Assembly: GCA_005881715.1 (NCBI GenBank) | Contig: VBEE01000035.1 | Location: 12,260-76,259, forward strand | Length of the DNA stretch: 64,000 nt | DNA from: Chloroflexota bacterium | Lineage (GTDB): Bacteria > Chloroflexota > Dormibacteria > CF-121 | Direction of reading: 5' to 3' | In this document: positions 49,070 to 57,287 of the stretch, piece by piece | Position numbering within the stretch: position 1 is the first letter of the stretch | Layout of the letters: every line of letters begins with the position of its first letter | Position numbers and translations under genes: made by a program | The notes under the pieces: generated by a model | Told to the model about the DNA's origin: nothing | The model's database searches: none | Seen by the model: only the letters and a program-made list of their open reading frames with translations

Positions 49070-50101
49070 TCAAATCGCGGCCGCCTTGACCTGGGCGCTC
49101 AGTCGGCCGGCCAGGGGATCGACGCCGCAGGCCTCGCGCAGGGCGCGCTCGATGTAAACCCGGGTCATCCGCTTGCGCCAGTAGTGGCTCAGGTCGGTGT
49201 TATCCAGGGGCCGCGCCGGTTTATCAGCCGCATCGGCCACCTCGGCGATCAACGCGTCATCGGGACGCCTCCCATTGAGTGGCGCGAGAAAAGCCGTGAT
49301 CTCGACGGGGCGTGACCCGACCGCGCCGAGCGCACCGCGGGCCGCCCGCACCATCCCATCGTCCCAGCTGAGCGCGACCGCCACTCCGAGGATCGGGAAG
49401 TCGAATGCCGGCCGGCGACGCAGCTTCCAGTACGCGCTGGTCATCCGTGCTTCCGACCCCGGAACCTCCACAGAGACGATCACCTCATCGGCGCGCTTGG
49501 TCGTGTAGTCGATGCCGTCATCCTTGTAGAGTTCGTGGGCGCGAACCCGACGGTCGCCGCCGACGCCGTGCAAGGTGACGGTGGCGTCGAGGGCAAGCGC
49601 AACCGGCGCGCTGTCCGACGATGAGACCGCCCAGCAGCGGGGCGAGCTGCGCGCCACGAGACAGATGTCGCCATCTTTCTTGAGGCAGAAGCCGGCGGCT
49701 TTCCTCCAGCTATAGGTCTGGTTGTAGTAGTTGCAGCGCGGGTCGACGAGCAGGTTGCCGCCGAGGGTTCCCATACAGCGGACCTGCGGGGTGGACACCT
49801 GGTCGCACGCCTGGGCGAGCGCGCGATAGGCGCCGTCGAGCGCGGGATGGTGAGCCAGCTCATCGAGGGTCACGCCGGCCCCGATGGTCACCCCGCGTTC
49901 GCCGTCGCCGTCGATCAACCGCATGCCAGGAAGCGCGTTCAGGCTGATCAGCGCGGGCACATCGAACTGCCGGCGCTTCAGATTCGGCACCAGGTCCGTC
50001 CCGCCTGCGATAAACATCGACCCGGGATTGGACGACGCCATGGCCGACGCCTCCTCCACCGATCTCGGTCGCAGGTAGCGCAGGCGCGGCAGCCGCAACA
50101 C
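49070..50101 (-). CDS. XDH-family FAD subunit with [4Fe-4S]-type Cys insertion (HcrB-like)
   Basis: AGGTDLVPN, TLGGNL, then RCNYYNQ...FCLKKDGDIC...RCWA. Confidence 0.88.
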   Translation of the reverse strand: MLRLPRLRYLRPRSVEEASAMASSNPGSMFIAGGTDLVPNLKRRQFDVPALISLNALPGMRLIDGDGERGVTIGAGVTLDELAHHPALDGAYRALAQACDQVSTPQVRCMGTLGGNLLVDPRCNYYNQTYSWRKAAGFCLKKDGDICLVARSSPRCWAVSSSDSAPVALALDATVTLHGVGGDRRVRAHELYKDDGIDYTTKRADEVIVSVEVPGSEARMTSAYWKLRRRPAFDFPILGVAVALSWDDGMVRAARGALGAVGSRPVEITAFLAPLNGRRPDDALIAEVADAADKPARPLDNTDLSHYWRKRMTRVYIERALREACGVDPLAGRLSAQVKAAAI

Positions 50102-52456
50102 CTACTTACCCTTCCACTCTTCCGGGACTTCGGCCTTGATCAAGGGCGGAAAGCTGAAGGTCGGCACTGATTTCGGCCCGACTCGCCTGTCCCGCTCGTT
50201 CAGGGCTTTTAGCACCTTTTCCGGCGTGATCGGGATCTCATCGATGCGAATGCGCAGCGCGTCGTACACGGCGTTGGCCACCGCCGGGATCACCGGCAGC
50301 AGCGGTCCCTGCCCCGCCTCCTTCGCGCCAAACGGCCCCTCGCGATCGATGGTCTCAACCAGGTAGGTGTGCATGACCGGCGCCTCCAGCGCGGTCGGGC
50401 TCTTGTACTCGAGCAATGAAGGGAACTTGTGTAATCCGAGGCGGAACGTCTGCTCTTCCATCAATGCCTCGCCCAGGGCCATGTAGACGCTGCCCTCCAC
50501 CTGGCCGATGACCAGCATGGGGTTGATGGCGCGGCCGACATCGTGAGCGATCCAGACCTCGGGGACCTTGACTTCACCAGTCTTGAGGTCGCAGTCGACC
50601 TCGACCACCGCCGCCGAGTACGAATACGCTGGGCTGGGACCGACCCCGGATCCCTTGTACGGTCCGGCGAGATTGGGGGGCGTATAGCTGCCGCTGCCGG
50701 TTACCACCCCGCCTTGCGCTTCGGCGCGCTGCACGGCCTGGGCGAAGGTCAGCCCATCGGCAGGCCGGTCGCTGCGGTAGATCCGGTGGTCGCGCGCCGT
50801 GAGGTCAGCGGCGTCGCAATGCAGGGCGTTGGCAACAGCCCGGAAGAGCCGGTCGCGCACGCTTTCCGCAGCGGCCTTCGCGGCATTGCCGGCCATGAAC
50901 GTCACCCGCGAGGAGTAGCTGCCGAGATCGATCGGCGTGAGGTCGGTGTCTCCCGTGCTCAGCTGGATATCGTCGAGGGCAACCCCGAGGACTTCGGCCA
51001 CGATCGCCGCCAGGATGTGGTCCGACCCCTGGCCGATGTCGATCGCCCCACAGAGCAGAAGGACACCGCCATTTCGGTCGAGCTTGAGCTGGACCTCGGA
51101 GTGGGGCATGTCGTTCCAATAGATGGCGGTGCCCGCGCCGCTCAGGTAGGAACTGACGGCAAAGCCGAGGCCACGCCCCTTCGGCATCGAGGTTCGGCGC
51201 CGGAGAAAGCCGGAGCCGTCGACAACCTTATTAATACAGTCCTCAAGCCCGCAGCTCGTGATTCGCAGCCAGTTGACGGTGCGCGAGTCGGGTGCCGGCA
51301 GGTTGCGCCGGCGCAGCTCGACCGGATCGACCCCGAGCTCTTCAGCGGCTTTGTCGAAATGGATCTCCAGCGCAAACCGCGGCTGCGGTGTGCCGTGCCC
51401 GCGCTTCGGGCCGCAGGGCGGCTTGTTGGTGAAGAGCCGCACGGCTTCGAACCGGTATCGGGGGATGGCGTAGGTGGTCGCCTGCAGGGCGCCCGTGTAG
51501 TAGGTACTTGCGACGCCGTAGCTGCCGTAGCCGCCGCCATCGAGGAAGCTCTGAAATTGCATGGCGGTAATCCGACCGCCGCGTGTGAACCCTGTCTTGA
51601 CCTTCATTAGCACCGGGTGGCGGCCTCGATGGGCGTAGAAAACCTCCTCACGGGTAAGGGTGATCTTGACGGGGCGCCCGGTCGCCATGGCGAACTTGGC
51701 GGCGACGAGCTCGTGCGAGAAGATGTCGCTCTTCCCGCCGAATCCTCCCCCGTTGGGGGTGGCGATCACGCGGATGCGACTCATCGGCAGCTCGAGTACC
51801 TTGCCCAGCGCGCGATGCACGTAGTGCGGGGTCTGCGACGAAGTCCAGAGCGTGAGCTTGCCGTCAGCGGCATACTGGGCGACCGCGGCGTGCTGCTCCA
51901 TCGGGAGATGTGTGTTGCCTTCGAAGAACACCGTGTCTTCTCGAACGTACTCAGCGACACGCATGGCGGCGTCGGTGTCGCCGAACTCCAGGGCCACGGC
52001 CTTGTGCACGTTCGAGCTGCCGTGGATCGGCTCGCCCTGGGCCGCAAGCGCCTCCTGGATCGACATCGCATGCGGCAGCTCCGTAAACTGCACGTCGATC
52101 AAGCCAAGCGCCTCGTCGGCGATCCACTCGTCAGTGGCGGCCACGGCCGCGATCGGATCGCCCACGTACCGAACTTTCTCGCGGGCGAGCGCCTCCTCGT
52201 CCTGGCTGACCGGGAGGATACCGAACTTTACCGGTAGGTCATCTCCGGTGAGGACGGCCAGCACTCCGGGAAGTTCTCGCGCTGCGCTTGTATCGACGCG
52301 CAAAACACGGGCGTGGGGATACGGACTACGCAGGATCCGGCCGAACAGCATTCGCGGCAGGGACAGGTCGTCGGCGAACTTTGTCTGGCCGCTGACTTTG
52401 GCGTAGGCGTCGGGTTTGGTCAGCGACTTGCCTACGACGGAAAATGCCTCAGCCAT
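50102..52456 (-). CDS. XDH-family molybdopterin-binding subunit (4-hydroxybenzoyl-CoA reductase alpha-like)
   Basis: GGGFGGK, PPCGPKRGHGTPQ, DIGQGS, GSYSSRVT, GPFGAKEAG. Confidence 0.88.
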   Translation of the reverse strand: MAEAFSVVGKSLTKPDAYAKVSGQTKFADDLSLPRMLFGRILRSPYPHARVLRVDTSAARELPGVLAVLTGDDLPVKFGILPVSQDEEALAREKVRYVGDPIAAVAATDEWIADEALGLIDVQFTELPHAMSIQEALAAQGEPIHGSSNVHKAVALEFGDTDAAMRVAEYVREDTVFFEGNTHLPMEQHAAVAQYAADGKLTLWTSSQTPHYVHRALGKVLELPMSRIRVIATPNGGGFGGKSDIFSHELVAAKFAMATGRPVKITLTREEVFYAHRGRHPVLMKVKTGFTRGGRITAMQFQSFLDGGGYGSYGVASTYYTGALQATTYAIPRYRFEAVRLFTNKPPCGPKRGHGTPQPRFALEIHFDKAAEELGVDPVELRRRNLPAPDSRTVNWLRITSCGLEDCINKVVDGSGFLRRRTSMPKGRGLGFAVSSYLSGAGTAIYWNDMPHSEVQLKLDRNGGVLLLCGAIDIGQGSDHILAAIVAEVLGVALDDIQLSTGDTDLTPIDLGSYSSRVTFMAGNAAKAAAESVRDRLFRAVANALHCDAADLTARDHRIYRSDRPADGLTFAQAVQRAEAQGGVVTGSGSYTPPNLAGPYKGSGVGPSPAYSYSAAVVEVDCDLKTGEVKVPEVWIAHDVGRAINPMLVIGQVEGSVYMALGEALMEEQTFRLGLHKFPSLLEYKSPTALEAPVMHTYLVETIDREGPFGAKEAGQGPLLPVIPAVANAVYDALRIRIDEIPITPEKVLKALNERDRRVGPKSVPTFSFPPLIKAEVPEEWKGK

Positions 52457-52934
52457 CGCTGCCCCTCGACGCCGCCAGCTCGACCGCCTCGAAGATCTTG
52501 AGGTACCCGGTGCAGCGGCAGAGGACGCCGGAAAGCGCCTGCTTGATCATCTCCCGCGAGGGTCGGGGCTCACGGTCGAGGAGCGCCTTGGCGGTCAGCA
52601 GCATGGCCGGCGTGCAGTAGCCGCACTGGGCGGCACCGAGCTCGGCGAAGGCGACCTGAAGCGGATGCGGTTCGCGGCCTCGCGCCATTCCTTCGATGGT
52701 CGTGACCTCGCGGCCTTCCAGATCGAGCGGCATGGCCAGGCACGATAGGAACGGTTTCCCGTCGACCAGCACGCCGCAGGTCGAGCACTCGCCCAGCTCG
52801 CACCCGTGCTTGGTGCCGGTCAGACCCAGATCTTCGCGAAGGACCTCGAGCAGGGTCTTATAGGGCAGCACCATGATCGCGGTGTCTTCGCCATTGACGC
52901 GCAGGCGCACCTCCACCTTGTCCGCGATCGACAC
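52449..52934 (-). CDS. XDH-family 2x[2Fe-2S] subunit
   Basis: GTKHGCELGECSTC, QCGYCTP, LCRCTGY. Confidence 0.93.
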   Translation of the reverse strand: MSIADKVEVRLRVNGEDTAIMVLPYKTLLEVLREDLGLTGTKHGCELGECSTCGVLVDGKPFLSCLAMPLDLEGREVTTIEGMARGREPHPLQVAFAELGAAQCGYCTPAMLLTAKALLDREPRPSREMIKQALSGVLCRCTGYLKIFEAVELAASRGSDG

Positions 52935-52954
52935 GTCCCTACTTTACGGGCTGG

Positions 52955-54013
52955 CTAGAACGGGAGGCGCGGAAGCTGAATCTCGACGAGCCGCGGTCTC
53001 GACCGCAGCGGGGGCTCGACCATCGTTGTGCGGGCGCATTCCTCGGGCGCGACTTCGGGCCGAAGCCCGCTGAAGATCGGAAAGCGTAACTGTCCCTTGA
53101 GATCCCACTCACTGAATTTCACAGCGACCACGATTTTGGGCTGGACCCAGCAGATCCGGTCGTCCATCCACCGTGGATCGTCCGGGGCGCTCCCACCGGC
53201 CAGACCGTCCAGCGCCTTGCGCAGGGCTGAAGAGGTGGCATTGTCGAAGCCGCCCACCACCCGACCAGCTGGGTGGAGGGTTCGCCCATCGTAGGTCGCC
53301 ACGATCAGCGCCTCGAGCAGGCGATCGCCGGCCTCAGGAATGAAACCGATGACAACGAAATCCTGGTGGCGGACCGCCTCGATCAGCAACCAGTCCGGGT
53401 GGCGCTGGCCCGCCCGGTAGGGACTGTCGAACCGTTTGGCGATCACCCCTTCAAGGCCCTTCTCTCGCGCCGCGTCGAAAAATGCCAGCCCATCGTCGGC
53501 GACCGGTTCCACCACATAGATTCGCCCAGAAGACTGAAGCAGATCGTTCAGGCGGGGGCGCCGGCGTACGAGCGGCTCTTTCAGCCAGGACCGGCCGCGC
53601 AGGTAAAGGAGGTCGTGGACGACGTACGTGACCGGATGGGCGGCTGCCACGCGGGCCACCGCCTCGGGGCGTGCTGCCTGCTGGCGTCTCGCCAGCGCAA
53701 CCGAATCCGGTCGACCCTCCGGATCGGTCACAATCAGTTCGCCGTCAACAATGGTTTCCGGGGGAAGCAGGTCGGCCAGCACCTGCACCTCGGGGTATCG
53801 TCCGGTCAGGTCCAGCAGGGTTCGGCCCCAGATGCCGACGCGGCCACGGTCGACGGACGCCAGCGCGCGCACACCGTCCCAGGCGACGTCGAAGGCATAG
53901 TCCGCCGAATCGAATGGTGCGGCCGCGGCCATGGGAAGCATCGGCCGCAGGCGGTCGGGCAGGGCCCGCTCGAAGGGCAGGTCGAGCTCAACCGTTTGCG
54001 GACGAGACGGCAT
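52955..54013 (-). CDS. ATP-dependent DNA ligase-like protein (LigD ligase fold), catalytic lysines absent
   Basis: PML, WDGVR, VDGEL, GLEGVIAK, SPYRAGQR and WVQP retained; motif I reads VAWDGVR and motif V reads WLLIE. Confidence 0.88.
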   Translation of the reverse strand: MPSRPQTVELDLPFERALPDRLRPMLPMAAAAPFDSADYAFDVAWDGVRALASVDRGRVGIWGRTLLDLTGRYPEVQVLADLLPPETIVDGELIVTDPEGRPDSVALARRQQAARPEAVARVAAAHPVTYVVHDLLYLRGRSWLKEPLVRRRPRLNDLLQSSGRIYVVEPVADDGLAFFDAAREKGLEGVIAKRFDSPYRAGQRHPDWLLIEAVRHQDFVVIGFIPEAGDRLLEALIVATYDGRTLHPAGRVVGGFDNATSSALRKALDGLAGGSAPDDPRWMDDRICWVQPKIVVAVKFSEWDLKGQLRFPIFSGLRPEVAPEECARTTMVEPPLRSRPRLVEIQLPRLPF

Positions 54014-54038
54014 GCTAGCCGGAATGTACTACGAGATG

Positions 54039-54917
54039 CTATGCCGTGCGACGCCGGGCTGCGGGGCGGGCCGCCGAGGTTTTGGCGGCCACCTTGACCT
54101 TTGCGGCTTTCGATGCTGCCGGCCGGGCGGCCGGCTTCTTGCCTTGCTTGGTTGCCTCGACCGATGCCTTCAGCGCGGCCATCAGGTCCATGACGCGGGG
54201 TTCGGGGGCGGCAGCCGGCGTCATCACCTGCAGCCCCTTCATCTTCTGGTCGACGATCTGCTGGAACGCCGCCTTGTAGTCGTCGGTGTAACGCTCTGGC
54301 TGAAAGCTGTCGGTCAGGTTGTCGATCAGGGAAGTCGCCATCGCGACTTCCTTGTCACTGATCTTGACGTTCTGCGGCAGATTGAGCTCCTCGGTCGAGC
54401 GGATCTCGTCGGGCCAGTTGAGGGTGTTGCAGAGTAACGTGCTGCCTTCGACCTGGATCAGGGACAGATGCTCACGATCGCGCAGGGCGATCTTCGCGAC
54501 GGCTACCTTATTGGTATCTTCCAGCGCCCGCTTCAAGAGGAAGAACGGTTTGACCCCGACGTCCTCCGGCTCCAGGTAATACGCGCTCTTGACGTACAAA
54601 CCGAGCGGAACCTCGTTGCGCTCGACGAACTCGACGATGTCGATCGTCTTGGTGGTCTTCAGCGGCAACTTATCGAGGTCTTCTTCGGCGATGATGACGA
54701 ACTGGTTCTTTCCGACCTCGTATCCCTTCAGTACCTCATTGAAGGCCACCACGTGGTCGTCGGTGGGGCAATGCCGTTGCTGCTTGATCGGCAGCTGGCA
54801 ATGGGGGCAGAGCTGCCGGAACGAGACCGCGCTATGTGCCTCGGTGGCGAGGTACATGCGGATCGGGATGGCTACCATCCCGAAACTGATCGCGCCCCGC
54901 CACATCGACCGGGCCAT
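54039..54917 (-). CDS. ku: NHEJ DNA end-binding protein Ku
   Basis: RSMWRGAISFGMVAIP, KGYEV, TIDIVEFV, YYLEP, WPDEIR, DLMAALKAS, basic tail; AAAGGAGG RBS. Confidence 0.96.
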   Translation of the reverse strand: MARSMWRGAISFGMVAIPIRMYLATEAHSAVSFRQLCPHCQLPIKQQRHCPTDDHVVAFNEVLKGYEVGKNQFVIIAEEDLDKLPLKTTKTIDIVEFVERNEVPLGLYVKSAYYLEPEDVGVKPFFLLKRALEDTNKVAVAKIALRDREHLSLIQVEGSTLLCNTLNWPDEIRSTEELNLPQNVKISDKEVAMATSLIDNLTDSFQPERYTDDYKAAFQQIVDQKMKGLQVMTPAAAPEPRVMDLMAALKASVEATKQGKKPAARPAASKAAKVKVAAKTSAARPAARRRTA

Positions 54918-54947
54918 GCTGATGCCTCCTTTGCTGAGTTGCCCGGA

Positions 54948-55685
54948 TTATACCGCCGGTTGGGTAGGAGCTCGAAAAGATGTTCGGACCTGCACGGCCA
55001 GCCGCTCCGCATAGAGGGGGCCAAGCCGTTCATGCTTGAAATAGACGTAGACGTCTCGGCCGCCCTCCAGGTAGCCCGTGATTCGCTGGCTCCACGCGGT
55101 GAGCCGCTGCGGCGAGTACGTCTCCCGTCGCAACCGCAGGTAGATGAAGGCGCCGCGGCCAAGCGGACCAGGCTCCGCCTCGCCATCGCCATGGACCAGA
55201 GCTGCGCCCATCCGCTCGATCAGGTTGGCGACCTCGGGCGTGTGCCAGGATCGGTGGCGAAACTGGAACGCCACCCGCCACCCGCCGGGCAGCAGCGGGA
55301 CGATCCGCGGAAGCCGGCTTTCGTCGAATGGCGCGGTTGGCGGAAACTGGAAGAGCAGCGGACCCAGCCGCTCACCGAAGCCGGCAGCCTCGAGCGCCAG
55401 CACGCGGACCGCTTCCTCCAGGTTGGGCATGCGCCGGTTGTGCGTGATGCGCCGGTGCGCCTTGACGGCGAATCGAAAGTCCGGCGGAACCGCGGCCACC
55501 CAACCGGCAACGACGTCTTCGGGCTGGGTCCGATAGAACGTGGTATTGACCTCCACCGTCCTCAACCGACCGGCGTAGTAGCCGAGCATGTCCGTGGCCT
55601 TGAGGCCCTTCGGGTAGAAGCTGCCGCGCCACCCGGTGTAGGAGAAACCCGATGTTCCGACGAACAGCTGCCCGCTCGCCGGCAT
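54948..55685 (-). CDS. DUF72 family protein
   Basis: VGTSGFSYTGWRGSFYP, TVEVNTTFYR, FAVKA...ITH, GPLLFQFPP, YVYFKHE. Confidence 0.92.
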   Translation of the reverse strand: MPASGQLFVGTSGFSYTGWRGSFYPKGLKATDMLGYYAGRLRTVEVNTTFYRTQPEDVVAGWVAAVPPDFRFAVKAHRRITHNRRMPNLEEAVRVLALEAAGFGERLGPLLFQFPPTAPFDESRLPRIVPLLPGGWRVAFQFRHRSWHTPEVANLIERMGAALVHGDGEAEPGPLGRGAFIYLRLRRETYSPQRLTAWSQRITGYLEGGRDVYVYFKHERLGPLYAERLAVQVRTSFRAPTQPAV

Positions 55686-55699
55686 TCAGCGCTGTCCCT

Positions 55700-56293
55700 T
55701 TAGATGTTGGGGACGCCCTTGATGAGTCCCATGAACTCGGCGCGGGTCTTGGGATCGGCCTGAAAGATGCCCAACACACAGCTGGTGAAAACCCGACTGT
55801 TTTGCTTTTCGACCCCGCGCATCTTCATGCAGAGGTGATCGGCCTCGACCACGACGGCGACGCCGACCGGCTGGAGGTATTTCTGGAGGCACTCGGCGAT
55901 CTGACGCGTCATCCGCTCTTGCACCTGCAGGCGTCGGCTGTAGAGCTCCACCAGGCGCGGCATCTTGCTGAGACCGACCAGCCGGCCGCTAGGGATGTAG
56001 CCGATGTGCACCCGGCCGAAAAACGGCAGCAGGTGATGCTCGCAGAGCGAGTACATCTCGATGTCCTTCACCACGACCATGTCCTTGTAGGTCTCCGTAA
56101 AGGTGGCATCCCCGAAGACGTCGTCCACGGTCATGCGATAGCCGCGGGTGAGGAACTCGAGGCTCTCCTTGACTCGTTCCGGCGTGTCGCGCAGGCCTTC
56201 CCGCGAGGGATCTTCGCCGAGCAGGATCAGCTGATGCCGGACCAGCGCCTCCATCGAAACCGCATCCCCAAGACGGTCGGCTGGCTGCGCCAT
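55700..56293 (-). CDS. folE: GTP cyclohydrolase I
   Basis: GEDPSREGLRDTPERV, SLCEHHLLPFFG, GLSK, RLQVQERMT, HLCMKMRGV. Confidence 0.97.
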   Translation of the reverse strand: MAQPADRLGDAVSMEALVRHQLILLGEDPSREGLRDTPERVKESLEFLTRGYRMTVDDVFGDATFTETYKDMVVVKDIEMYSLCEHHLLPFFGRVHIGYIPSGRLVGLSKMPRLVELYSRRLQVQERMTRQIAECLQKYLQPVGVAVVVEADHLCMKMRGVEKQNSRVFTSCVLGIFQADPKTRAEFMGLIKGVPNI

Positions 56294-56339
56294 GGCTCAA
56301 TTATGGACAGAACAAGGCGGCGGGCCGCCGGCCGAGTGG

Positions 56340-57119
56340 TCAGCTGATGACGTTCATCGGGTCCTGGGGGAATTCGCGCAGGTAGGCCTGCATCGCCACC
56401 CAGAGCGCCTTCACCGAAATCGTCTGAAAGTCCGGTCCACGATATCCCGCCAGCGGCGAGGGCGTCTCGGCATAGGTGATGGTGTCGAGCGCGGGGTCGT
56501 TGTGGCTGAAGTCGAAGGCAAAGACCGTGATCATGTGGGTGGCGTTCCAGTGGTTCCAACCCGGCATCGTCTTCGTCATGGTTTGCAGCATGACGGGCAC
56601 ACCATGGCCGAAGCTCACGATCGCCTGCTGGTCGAGGATGTCCTGCACGATCCGGGCCTGCACCTCGTCGAGCGTCGTGACGTGCGCGGCCTGGTAGCGG
56701 GGCTGCCCAAGGACGGGGAGCACCATCGGGTTGAGAAACTGGTTGATGCCGTTCGTCGCGTCGGCGCCGTACTCACCGCGGTTGGGATTCAGCTTTGACG
56801 CGCGGGCGACGGTTTCGATGTCCGGCACTTCGGACATCCAGGCCGAGAGGAGGACCTGGGTGGCGCCTGCTCCGCAGTAGTTCCGGTGGGCCCAGTCACC
56901 CGGCTCGTGGTAGCCGCGAACTTCCACCGCTCCCTGGCTGGTCGAGACCTGGCCGACCGTGACCGAAGGCTGCGGTTCGGGGGTGGGCGAGACCTTGGGG
57001 AAGTTGTAGGCGAGTGCCACCGGCCCAATCGGGCGCGTATTCACCTGAGCACCAAAGCACGAGGGGAGGAGCGCGGCGAATGCCATCGCCAGCGCAATTT
57101 TGATTACTCCCTGTGACAT
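56340..57119 (-). CDS. Lipoprotein with C39-like cysteine peptidase signature
   Basis: Lipobox LPSC; NYCGAGATQVLL (candidate catalytic Cys) and HMITVFAFD (candidate His). Confidence 0.65.
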   Translation of the reverse strand: MSQGVIKIALAMAFAALLPSCFGAQVNTRPIGPVALAYNFPKVSPTPEPQPSVTVGQVSTSQGAVEVRGYHEPGDWAHRNYCGAGATQVLLSAWMSEVPDIETVARASKLNPNRGEYGADATNGINQFLNPMVLPVLGQPRYQAAHVTTLDEVQARIVQDILDQQAIVSFGHGVPVMLQTMTKTMPGWNHWNATHMITVFAFDFSHNDPALDTITYAETPSPLAGYRGPDFQTISVKALWVAMQAYLREFPQDPMNVIS

Positions 57120-57287
57120 TTTGGTCTCATCCTAGCAGTGACGGTATCAGCTGGCCAGACCCTGCGGCCGGTTGTTACAACGGTGCCCACCCCCGCATGG
57201 TTACCAGCGACCTCCAGTATGGCGAGTCGTGCGCCGCGACTTCGGTCCTTATAGCGCCGCTGTCACACTATCGTAATATGGAACCAG

